DNA of 64,000 bases, taken from positions 1,178,001 through 1,242,000 of the forward strand of contig CDPCPM010000018.1 in the NCBI GenBank assembly GCA_976551045.1. Direction: 5' to 3'. The notes under the pieces were generated by a model, which searched no databases, had not been told where the DNA came from, and saw nothing but the letters and a program-made list of their open reading frames with translations. Source of the stretch: Glaucostegus cemiculus (lineage: Eukaryota). Positions 1 to 12,800 of this stretch are shown one piece after another; the stretch's first letter is position 1; each line of letters starts with the position of its first letter. The translations under genes were made by a program, and so were the position numbers.

Positions 1-159
1 ATCATGATATTATAATAGTGATGATCCAGGTGCAAAGCTAAAAGATTCAAACTGGTTGAGAAGTCCTTTATCTTCATCATGTTCTGAAAAGACAGTTGAT
101 CCACTCACAAGCCAAGTGACATAAAACCTATCAGAGATTAAATGACCTTTGATCTGCAG

Positions 160-246
160 CTTCTGATAAATGTGCAAACAACACATCAGATTGTCAACAA
201 ATCTGCCCGGACACATACTCAATTCTGATCTTCGCTTCAGCAACAA
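160..246 (+). pseudogene. Decayed cbEGF exon remnant
   Basis: ctgcag followed by tgataaatgtgcaaacaacacatcagattgtcaacaaatctgc, then degenerate. Confidence 0.6.
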
Positions 247-690
247 TTGTTGTGGGCAATTTAGCCCATACTGCCTGCTCCATCATACATTTTAACAATA
301 GAAGGAAATGTAAAAGGGAGAGAAAAATGTTAATAGCTGAAGGAAAGTAAAGTGTCACTATGTTTATACATGAGTTTGTGAATTACAGATTGTGAAGTTC
401 TATTTTTCAAGATGCCTTCCATTTCCCCAAAAGGATATTTAAAACTACATATTACAGTGACAGAAAAGAAAAACAGAGCCAAGAGTGTCATGCAATCAGC
501 TGATTATGCAATGCATGGTCAAAGTCATACTTTTGAGGAAGGCATGTGTATTGATTGACTTGCAAGTATAAAGAAACATCATACACTGTATAGTATTTCA
601 GGATATTGAGAGACAAAGCGTCAGTTCGCAATTACAAATGACATGAAATTAATTGGATTAAAGTGAGATGTGTTCCATTATGCACTGCAG

Positions 691-816
691 ACATCAATGA
701 ATGTGCAACCAACACATCAAACTGTCAACAAATCTGCACCAACACAATCGGAAGCTTCCTGTGCAGTTGTAACCCTGGCTTCAGTGTCAATGTGACCAAT
801 GCTTCGATTTGTGATG
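691..816 (+). CDS. cbEGF exon A (B-like upstream flank)
   Basis: AG/GT, 126 bp. Confidence 0.85.
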
Positions 817-3800
817 GTAGGAATATGCAAAGTCATTGTTTCCAGCAGATTGCAAAGAATATTGAATGTGGCAGTTGGGTCCCATAGATTCTCCTACTCT
901 CTGAACGAAATGAATTCTGCTACCGCAACAATGAAAGATACAGAATATCAGTTCATCCTCAGTCAGTTATCACTATTGAGATATTTCTGCAGCAGAAAGA
1001 ATATTAAATTGAAGGAAAATCAAAATATCTGAAGGAATGAAAGTTTCCACAATTATTAATCCTGTGTTTTTGAATTCCAAATTGTGAATTGCCAATTTAC
1101 ACAATGGCTTGTATTTCACAAAAGACAGTGTAAAGTGTGCAGGCATTCTGACGTGAATGATCATCGTAGTGAAGAGTGTCATGGGCTCAGGTGGTTAAGT
1201 TGTGTCATGTCAAAGTAATACTTTTGAGGAAGGTAATGCAAGTATTGTCATGCACCTGTAAAGTCATATCATATTCTCCATACTCTGTCACCATATTGAG
1301 CAAAAAAGTTTCAGCCGGCAATTACAAATGACATAAATGTGATTGGATAAAAGTGATTGAGATGTCGTTCCATTATTCCCCGTAGACATTGATGAATGTG
1401 CAACCAACACATCAAACTGTCAACAAATTTGCAGCAACACAATTGGAAGCTTCCTTTGCGGATGTAATCCAGGCTACAGTATCAACGTGACCAATAGTTC
1501 AGTTTGTGATGGTGAGATATTTCCCAATCATTTATTTTCTCAGACTTGGAAAATAATATTAAATGTGTCATTTAAAGTTAAGGTGGTCCAGGAATGAACA
1601 CAGTCACATAAATATTGGATAAATGGCTAAGGCTTTTTCTTTCGATTCCACTGTGCAGCGAAAACTTTACTTCTGTTCAATTGTAAAAGTCAGGGACCTC
1701 TATCTGACCATTGGTTGCAAAAGATCAAAATTCGTTTCATGTTATCCTGTGAATTATAAAAGTAGAAGAGGCAGTATGTCATAACACAGCCATATCAGCA
1801 AAGGAAATGTAAACTTCAAACTACTCTGTTGCCAACGATGAATGTCACGTAGATTGTATATATTCAGCTGGTAATGGTGTGTAATATAGGGGAAATATAT
1901 TTTGAGAATCATTGCTCTGTACTCTGTATTGTTACTGTGCAGGGCATCCTTAAGTCTATTGTAAAGTTTCCACAATTTTTAATCCTGTGTTTTTGAATTC
2001 CAAATTGTGAATTTCCAATTTACACAATGGCTTGTATTTCACCAAAGACAGTGTAAGATGTGTAGGCATTCTGATGTGAATGATCATTGTAGTGAAGAGT
2101 GTCATGGGCTCACGTGGTTAAAGTTGTGTCATGTCAAAGTAATACTTTTGAGGAAGGCAATGCAAGTATTGTCATGCACCTGTAAAGACATATCATATCC
2201 TCCATACTCTGTCACCATATTGAGCAACAAAGTTTCAGCCGGCCATTACAAATGACAAAAAAGTGATTGGATAAAAGTGATTGAGATGTCGTTCCATTAT
2301 TCCCCGCAGACATCGATGAATGTGCAACCAACACATCAAACTGTCAACAAATTTGCAGCAACACAATTGGAAGCTTCCTTTGCGGATGTAATCCAGGCTT
2401 CAGCATCAATGTGACCAATAGTTCAGTTTGTGATGGTGAGATATTTCCCAATCATTTAATTGCTCAGACTTGGAAAATAACATTAAAAGTGCTATTTAAA
2501 GTTAAGGTGGTCCAGGAATGAATACAGTAACATTAATATTGGATGAAAGGCTAGAGATATTCCTTTTGATTCAACTGTGTTGCGAAAACTTTATTTACAA
2601 CGTGGTAACAGGCCCTTTCGGCCCAATGAGTCTGCGCCACCCATTTTAAACCCCCAAATTAACCTACCCGTACGTCTTTTAGAATGTGGGAGGAAACCGA
2701 AGCACCCGGAGGAAACCCACGCAGACACGGGAGGACGTACAAACTCCTTACAGTCAGCGCCGGGAATCGAACCCCAATCGCTGGCGCTGTAACAGCGTCG
2801 CGCTAACCACTATGCTATCGTGCCACCCCCAAATGAATGCAGTCACATTAAATTGGATGAAAGGCTAGATATTTTTCTTTTGATTCCACTGTGCAGTGAA
2901 AACTTTACTTCAGTTCAATTGTAAAAGTCAGGGACCTCTAACCGACCATTGGTTGCAAAAGATTAAAATTCGTTTCATGTTATCCTGTGAAATATAAAAG
3001 TAGAAGCGGCAATGTCACATAGATTCAATAAACGTAGCTGGAGATGGATTGTAATATCATGGAAATATATTTTGAGTATCATTGCTCTCTACAGTTGTTA
3101 CTGTGCAGGGCATCCTTAACGCCATTGTAGAGCATAACATTTATTGAGAGACTTCCTGTTGGCACAAGGTAACTAGTAAGCAAGTGTTTGACAGGTCATT
3201 CACATTTTTCCTCCAGACATTGATGAATGTGCAACCAACACATCGAACTGTCAACAAATCTGCACCAACACAATCGGAAGCTTCCTGTGCAGTTGTAACC
3301 CTGGCTTCAGTGTCAACGTGACCAATGCTTCGATTTGTGATGGTAGGAATATACAAAGTCATATTTTCCAGCAGATTGCAAAGAATATTGAATGTGGCAG
3401 TTGGGTCCCATAGATTCTCCGACTCTCTGAACCAAATGAATACTGCTAGCGCAACAATGAAAGATCAAGAATATCATTCCATCCTCAGTCAGTTTTCACT
3501 ATTGAGATATTTCTGCAGCAGAAGATGAATGTCAGATAGATTGCATAAATCAGCTGGTGATGGTTTGTAATATCAGGAAAGTATCTTTTGAGAATCATTG
3601 ATCTGCACTTTGCATTGTTACTGCGGAGGGCATCCTTAAGTCTATTGTAGAGCAGAACATTTATTCAGAGACTTCCTGTTGACAGAAGGTAACTCGTAAG
3701 CAAGTGTTTGTCAGGTCATTGACTTCTTTTCCTCCAGACATTGATGAATGTGCAACCAACACATCGAACTGTCAACAAATCTGCACCAACACAATCGGAA

Positions 3801-6800
3801 GCTTCCTGTGCAGTTGTAACCCTGGCTTCAGTGTCAACGTGACCAATTCTTCGATTTGTGATGGTAGGAATATGCAAATTCATAGTTTCCAGCAGATTGT
3901 AAAGAATATTGAATGTGGCAGTTGCGTCGCGTAGATTCCCCTACTCTCTGAACCAAATGAATTCTGCTACCGCATCAATGAAAGATAAAGAATATCAGTT
4001 CATCCTCAGTTAGTTTTCACTATTGAGATATTTCTGCAGCAGAAAGAATATTAAAAAATAAGGGAAAATCATAATATCAGAAGGAAGGAAAGATTCCACA
4101 ATTTCTAATCCTGTGTTTTTGAATTCCAAATTGTGAATTTCCAATTTACACAATGGCTTGTATTTCACGAAAGACAGTGTAAGATGTGTAGGCATTCTGA
4201 CGTGAATGATCATCGTAGTGAAGAGTGTCATGGACTCAGGTGGTTAAGTTGTGTCATGTCAAAGTAATACTTTTGAGGAAGGTAATGCAAGTATTGTCAG
4301 GCACCTGTAAAGACATGTCATATTCTCCATACTCTGTCACCCTATTGAGCAACAAATTTTCAGCCGGCAATTGCAAATGACATAAAAGTGGTTGGATAAA
4401 AGTGATTGAGATATTGTTCCATTATTCCCCGTAGACATAAATGAATGTTCAACCAACACATCAAACTGTCAACAAATTTGCAGCAACACAAATGGAAGCT
4501 TCCTTTGTGGATGTAATCTAGGCTTCAGCATCAATTGTGACCAATAGTTCAGTTTGTGATGATGAGATATTTCCCAAGACATTTATTTTCTCTGACTTGG
4601 AAAATAAAATTGAATGTGTCATTTAAAGTCAAGGTGGTCCAGGAATGAACAGTCACATTAAAATTGGATGAAAGGCTAGAGATTCTCCTTTTGATTCCAC
4701 TGTGCAGCGAAAACTTTAATTCAGTTGAATTGTAAAAGTCAGGGACCTCCAACCGACCATTGGCTGTAAAAGATCAAAATTCGTTTCATGTTATCCTGTG
4801 AATGATAAAAGTAGAAGCGGCAATGTCACATAGATTCAATAAACTTAGCTGGTGATGGTTTGTATTATAATGGAAATATATTTTGAGTATCATTGCTCAC
4901 TACTGTTGTTACTATGCAGGGCATCCTTAAGTCTATTGTAGAGCATAACATTTATTGAGAGACTTCCTGTTGGCATAAGGTATCAAGTAAGCAAGTGTTT
5001 GACAGGTCATTCACATTTTTCCTCCAGACATTGATGAATGTGCAACCAACACATCGAACTGTCAACAAATCTGCACCAACACAATCGGAAGCTTCCTGTG
5101 CAGTTGTAACCCTGGCTTCAGTGTCAACGTGACCAGTGCTTCAATTTGTGATGGTAGGAATATGCAAAGTCATAGTTTCCAGCAGATAGCAAAGAATATT
5201 GAATGTGGCATTTGTGTCCCATAGATTCTCCTACTCTCTGAACCAAATGAATTCTGCTAGCGCAACAATGAAAGATAAAAAATATCATTTCATCCTCAGT
5301 CAGTTTTCACTATTGAGATATTTCTGCAGCAGAAAGAATATCAACAAATACAGGAAAATCATAATATCGGAAGGAAGGAAAGTTTATGCTATTTCTAATC
5401 CTGTGTTTTTGAATTCCAAATTGTGAATTTCCAATTTACACAATGGCTTGTATTTCACGAAAGGCAGTATAAGATGTATAGGCATTCTGACGTGAATGAT
5501 CATCGTAGTGAAGAGTGTCATGGTCTCAGGTGGTTAAGTTGTGTCATGTCAAATTAATACTTCTGAGGAAGGCAATGCATGTATTGTCATGCACCTGTAA
5601 AGACATATCATATTCTCCATACTCTGTCACCATATTGAGCAACAAAGTTTCAGCCGGCAATTACAAATGACATAAAAGTGATTGGATAAAAGTGATTGAG
5701 ATGTCGTTCCATTATTCCCCGCAGACTTCGATGAATGTGCAACCAACACATCAAGCTGTCAACAAATTTGCAGCAACACAATTGGAAGCTTCCTTTGCGG
5801 ATGTAATCCAGGCTACAGCATCAATGTGACCAATAGTTCAGTTTGTGATGGTGAGATATTTCCCAACCATTTATTTTCTCTGATTTGGAAAATAAAATTG
5901 AATGTGTCATTTAAAGTCAAGGTGGTCCAGGAATGAACACTGTCACATTAAAATTGGATGAAAGGCTAGAGATTATCCTTTTAATTCAACTGTGCAGTGA
6001 AAACTCTAATTCAGTTCAATTGTAAAAGTCAGGGACGTCTAACCAACCATTGGTTGCAAAATATCAAAATTCGTTTCTTGTCATCCTGTGAATGATAAAA
6101 GTAAAAGCGGCAATGTCACATAGATTCAATAAACTTAGCTGCTGATGGTTAGTATTATAATGGAAATATATTTTGAGAATCATTGCTCTCTACTGTTGTT
6201 ACTGTGCAGGGCATCCTTCACGCCATTGTTGGGCAGAATATTTATTGAGAGACTTCCTGTTGGCATAAGGTAACTAGTAAGCAAGTGTTTGACAGGTCAT
6301 TCACATTTTTCCTCCAGACATTGATGAATGTGCAACCAACACATCGAACTGTCAACAAATCTGCACCAACACAATCGGAAGCTTCCTGTGCAGTTGTAAC
6401 CCTGGCTTCAGTGTCAACATGACCAATGCTTCGATTTGTGATGGTAGGTAAATGCAAATTCATAGTTTCCAGCAGATTGCAAAGAATAGTGAATGTGGCA
6501 GTTGGGTCCCATTGATTCTCCTACTCTCTGAACCAAATGATTTCTGCTCCCGCAACAATGAAAGATAAAGAATATCATTCCATCCTCAGTCAGTTTTCAG
6601 TACTGAGATATTTCTGCAGCAAAAGATGAATGTCACATAGATTGCATAAATCAGCTGGTGATGGTTTGTAACATCATGGAAGCATCTTTTGAGAATCATT
6701 GCTCTGTACTCTGCATTGTTAATGTGCAGGGCATCCTTAAGTCTATTGTAGAGCAGAACATTTATTGCGAGACTTCCTGTTGGCAGAAGGTAACTAGTAA

Positions 6801-9800
6801 GCAAGTGTTTGACAGGTCATTCACTTCTTTTCCTCCAGACATTGATGAATGTGCAACCAACACATCAAACTGTCAACAAATCTGCACCAACACAATCGGA
6901 AGCTTCCTGTGCAATTGTAACCCTGGCTTCAGTGTCAACGTGACCAATGCTTCGATTTGTGATGGTAGGAATACGCAAATTGATAGTTTCCAGCAAATTG
7001 CAAAGAATATTGAATGTGGCAGTTGGGTCCCATAGATTCTCCTACTCTCTGAACCAAATTAATTCTGCTACCACAACAATGAAAGATACAGAATATCAGT
7101 TCATCCTCAGTCAGTTTTCACTGTTGAGATATATCTGCAGCAGAAAGAATATTAAAAAATAAAGGAAAATCAAAATATCGGAAGGAAGGACAGTTTCCCC
7201 AATTTTTAATCCTGTGTTTTTGAATTCCAAATTGTGAATTTCCAATTTATACAATGGCTTGTATTTCACGAAAGACAGTGTAAAGTGTGTAGGCATTCTG
7301 ACATGATTGATCATCGTAGTGTAGAGTGTCATGGGCTCAGGTGGTTAAGTTGTGTCATGTCAAAGTAATACTTTTGAGGAACGCAATGCAAGTATTGTCA
7401 TGCAGCTGTAAAGACATATCATATTCTCCATACTCTGTCACCATATTGAGCAACAAAGATTCAGCCGGCAATTACAAATGACATAAAAGTGATTGGATAA
7501 AAGTGATTGAGATGTCGTTCCATTATTCCCTGCAGACATTGATGAATGTGCAACCAACACATCAAACTGTCAACAAATTTGCAGCAATTCAATTGGAAGC
7601 TTCCTTTGCGGATGTAATCCAGGCTACAGTATCAACGTGACCAATAGTTCAGTTTGTGATGATGAGATATTTCCCAACCATTGATTTTCTCAGACTTGGA
7701 AAATAACATTAAATGTGTCATTTAAAGTTAAGGTGGTCCAGGAATGAACACAGTCACATAAATATTGGATAAATAGCTAGAGCTTTTTCTTTCGATTCCA
7801 CTGTGCAGTGAAAACTTTACTTCAGTTCAATTGTAAAACTCAGGGACCTCTATCTGAACATTGGTTGCAAAAGATCAAAATTCGTTTTATGATATCCCAT
7901 GAATTATCAAAGTACTCTGTTGCAAATGATGAACGTCACATAGATTGTATATATTCAGCTGGTAATGGTGTGTAATATAGGGGAAATATATTTTGAGAAT
8001 CATTGCTCTGTACTCTGCATCGTTACTGTGCAGGGCATCCTTAAGGCTATTGTAGAGCAGAACATTTATTGAGAGACTTCCTGTTGGCAGAAGGTAACAA
8101 GTAAGCAATTCTTTGACAGGTCATTGACTTCTTTTCCTCCAGACATTGATGAATGTGCAACCAACACATCGAACTGTCAACAAATCTGCACCAACACAAT
8201 CGGAAGCTTCCTGTGCAGTTGTAACCCTGGCTTCAGTGTCAACGTGACCAATACTTTGATTTGTGACGGTAGGAATATATAAAGTCATAGCTTCCAGCAG
8301 ATTGCAAAGGGCTCTACTCATTAGAGAGGAGGAGGATGAGAGGGGACTTGATAGAGGTGTTTAAGATATTGAGAGGAATAGATAGAGTTAATAGTCAGCG
8401 CCTCTTTCCCAGAGCGCAGATGCTCAAGACGAGAGGGCATGCCTTTAAGATAATAGGTGGAAAGTATAGGGGAGATGTCAGAGGGAAGTTTTTCACCCAG
8501 AGAGTAGTTGGTACATGGAATGCACTGCCTGGGGTGGTAGTGGAGGTAGATACGTTGGACAGGTTTAAGAGATTGTTAGATAAGCACATGGAAGAATGTG
8601 GAATAGTAGGATATGAGGGTGGAAAGAGTTAGTTTGGGAGATGTTTGTAGGATGGCACAGCTTGATGGGCCGAAGGGCCTGTTCTGTGCTGTATTGTTCT
8701 ATTGTTCTATTGTTCTGTTGTTCTAATATTGAATGTGGCAGTTGGGTCCCATAGATTCTCCTACTCTCTGAACCAAATGAATTCTGCTACCGCAACAATG
8801 AAAGATACAGAATATCAGTTCATCCTCAGTCAGTTTTCACTATTGAGATATTTCTGCAGCAGAAAGAATATTAAAAAATGAAGGAAAATCATAATATCTG
8901 AAGGAAGGAATGTTTCCACAATTTTTAATCCTGTGTTTTTGGATTCCTAATTGTGAATTTCCAATTTACACAATGGCTTGTATTTCACGAAAGAGAGTGT
9001 AAGATGTGTAGGCATTCTGACGTGAATGATCATCGTAGTGAAGAGTGTCATGGGCTCACGTGGTTAAGTTGTGTCATGTCAAAGTAATACTTCTGAGAAA
9101 AGCAATGCAAGTATTGTCATGCACCTGTAAAGATAAATATCATACTCCCCATACTCTGTCACCATATTGAGCAACAAAGTTTCAGCCGGCAATTACAAGT
9201 GACATAAAAGTGATTGGATAAAAGTGATTGAGATGTCGTTCCATTATTCCCCGCAGACATCGATGAATGTGCAACCAACACATCAAACTGTCAACAAATT
9301 TGCAGCAACACAATTGGAAGCTTCCTTTGCGGATGTAATCCAGGCTACAGCATCAATGTGACCAATAGTTCAGTTTGTGATGGTGAGATATTTCCCAATC
9401 ATTTATTTTCTCAGACTTAAAATATAACATTAAATGTGTCGTTTAAAGTTAAGGTGGTCCAGCCATGAATACAGTCACATTAATATTGGATGTAAGGCTA
9501 GAGATTTTTATTTTGATTAAACTGTGCAGCGAAAACTTTACTTCAGTTCAATTGTAAAAGTTAGGGACCTCTATCCGACCATTGGTTGCAAAAGGTCAAA
9601 TTTCGTTTTATGTTATCCCGTGAATTATAGAAGTAGAAGCGGCAGTATGTCATAACACAGCCATATCGGCAAAGGAACTGTAAACTTTAAAGTACTCTGT
9701 TGCCAATGATGAATGTCACGTAGATTGTATATATTCAGCTGGTAATGGTGTGTAATATATGGGAAATATATTCTTTCTTTTTCAATCTTTTTATTGATAA

Positions 9801-12800
9801 CAAATCAATACAGGTTAAGATATATAACAACAATGTTTCACATGTATTATAGAAATATCAAGTAATAATTGTAGTTAATCATGAAAAAAGCGATAAAGTA
9901 TGATATATATAAAAGAAAGTTCCAAGAATCTCTCGGTTCATAAGTGTAATGTAAAAGATAGAAAAGAAAAAGATTTGTTATATGATTAGAAAAAAATACC
10001 CCCCAAAAAAACCCAAATCAATAAAAAAAGATCAGAATAATATAGAGTAAATTAAACCGAAAATGAATTTAAAAAAAGGACAAAAAAACCAAAACAATGA
10101 AAAAAAAAACTGGGCTAAAATTTTCAACAGAAATAGAGCAATATGATGTAGTCAGCTCTGTTTCTCTAAATTTAAAAAAAAAAGTTGTAGAAGGGGAAAC
10201 TACAACATATGGAAGTATTGAACAATGGACTCCAAATAGCTTCAAGCTTAAGCTAAGAATCAACAGTACCACTCCTAATTTTTTCCAAATTAAGACATGA
10301 TATATTTTGAGAGAACCATTGAAAGGAGGTAGGGGGTATTGGATTCTTCCATTTAAGCAGAATGGCTCGTTTGGCCATCAATGTAACAAAAGCAATCATA
10401 CAGTTAGCAGAAGCAGGTAAATGGCCAGACTTTATCCATGGAAATCCAAAAATTGCAGTAATAGGGTGAGGTTGTAAATCGATCTTCAATACATCAGAAA
10501 TTATATTAAAAATGTCTTTCCAATATTTTCGCAAATAAGGACATATATATTTTGAGAAACATTGCTCTGTACTCTGCATTGTTACTGTGCAGGGCATCCT
10601 TACGTCTAATGTAGAACATAACATTTGTTGAGAGACTTCCTGTTGGCATAAGGTAACAACTAAGCAAGTGTTTGACAGGTCATTCACTTCTTTTCCTCCA
10701 GACATTGATGAATGTGCAACCAACACATCAAACTGTCAACAAATCTGCACCAACACAATCGGAAGCTTCCTGTGCAGTTGTAACCCAGGCTTCAGTGTCA
10801 ACGTGACCAATGCTTCGATATGTGATGGTAGGAATATGCAAAGTCATAGTTTCCAGCAGATTGCAAAGAATATTCAATGTGGCAGAAGGGTCCCATAGAT
10901 TCTCCTACTCTCTGAACCAAATTAATTCTGCTACCGCAACAATGAATGATAAAGAATATCAGTTCATCCTCAGTCAGTTTTCACTATTGAGATATTTCTG
11001 CAGCAGAAAGAATATTAAAAAATAAAGGAAAATCAAAATATCAGAAGGAAGGACAGTTTCCACAATTTTTAATCCTGTGTTTTTGAATTCCAAATTGTGA
11101 ATTGCCAATTTACACAATGGCTTGTATTTCATGAAAGACAGTGGAAAGTGTGTAGGCATTCTGACGTGAATGATCATCGTAGTGAAGAGTGTCATGGGCT
11201 CAGGTGGTTAAGTTGTGTCATGTCAAAGTAATACTTTTGAGGAACGCAATGCAAGTATTGTCATGCAGCTGTAAAGACATATCATATTCTCCATACTCTG
11301 TCACCATATTGAGCAACAAATTTTCAGCCGGCAATTACAAATGACATAAAAGTGATTGGATAAAAGTGATTGAGATGTCGTTCCATTATTCCCTGCAGAC
11401 ATTGATGAATGTGCAACCAATACATCAAACTGTCAACAAATTTGCAGCAACACAATTGGAAGCTTCCTTTGTGGATGTAATCCAGGCTACAGCATCAATG
11501 TGACCAATAGTTCAGTTTGTGATGGTGAGATATTTCCCAACCATTTATTTTCTCAGACTTGGAAAATAACATTAAATGTGTCATTTAAAGTTAAGGTGGT
11601 CCAGGAATGAACACAGTCACATAAATATTGGATAAATGGCTAGAGCTTTACCTTTCGAATCCACTGTGCAGTGAAAACCTTACTTCAGTTCATTTGTAAA
11701 AGTCAGGGACCTGTATCCGAACATTGGTTGCAAAAGATCAAAATTCGTTTCATGTTATCCTGTGAATGGTAAAAGTAGAAGCGGCAGTATGTTATAACAC
11801 AGCCATATCAGTCAAGGAAATGTAAACTTCAGAGTACTCTGTTGCCAACGATGAATGTCACGTAGATTGTATATATTCAGCTGGTGATGGTGTGTAATAT
11901 AGGGGAAATATATTTTGAGAATCATTGCTCTGTACTCTGCATCGTTACTGTGCAGGGCACCTTAAGGATATTGCAGAGCATAACATTTATTGAGAGACTT
12001 CCTGCTGGCAGAAGGTAACTGGTAAGCAAGTGTTTGACAGGTCATTGAGTTCTTTTCCTCCAGACATTGATGAATGTGCAAGCAACACATCGAACTGTCA
12101 ACAAATCTGCACCAACACAATCGGAAGCTTCCTGTGCAGTTGTAACCCTGGCTTCAGTGTCAACGTGACCAATGCTTTGTTTTGTGATGGTAGGAATATG
12201 CAAAGTCATAGTTTCCAGCAGATTGCAAAGCATATTGAATGTGGCAGTTGGGTCCCATAGATTCTCCTACTCTCTGAACCAAATGAATTCTGCTACCGCA
12301 ACAATGAAAGATACAGAATGTCAGTTCATCCTCAGTCAGTTTTCACTATAGAGATATTTCTGCAGCAGAAAATGAATGTCACATAGATTGGATAAACTCA
12401 GCTAGTAATGGTTTGTAATATCATGGAAGTATCTTTTGAGAATCATTGCTCTGTACTCTGCATTGTTACTGTGCAGGGCTTCCTTAAGTCTATTGTAGAG
12501 CAGAACATTTATTGAGAGACTTCCTGTTGGCAGAAGGTAACTAGTAAGCAATTCTTTAACAGGTCATTGACTTCTTTTCCTCCAGACATTGATGAATGTG
12601 CAACCAACACATCGAACTGTCAACAAATCTGCACCAACACAATCGGAAGCTTCCTGTGCAGTTGTAACCCTGGCTTCAGTGCCAACGTGACCAATGCTTT
12701 CATTGGTGATGGTAGGAATATGCAAAGTCATAGTTTCCAGCAGATTGCAAAGAATATTCAATGTGGCAGTTGGTCCCACAGATTCTCCAACTCTCTCAAC

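Noticed and set aside
2750-2830. tRNA gene
   Set aside because: The A/B boxes belong to the tRNA-derived head of the V-SINE.
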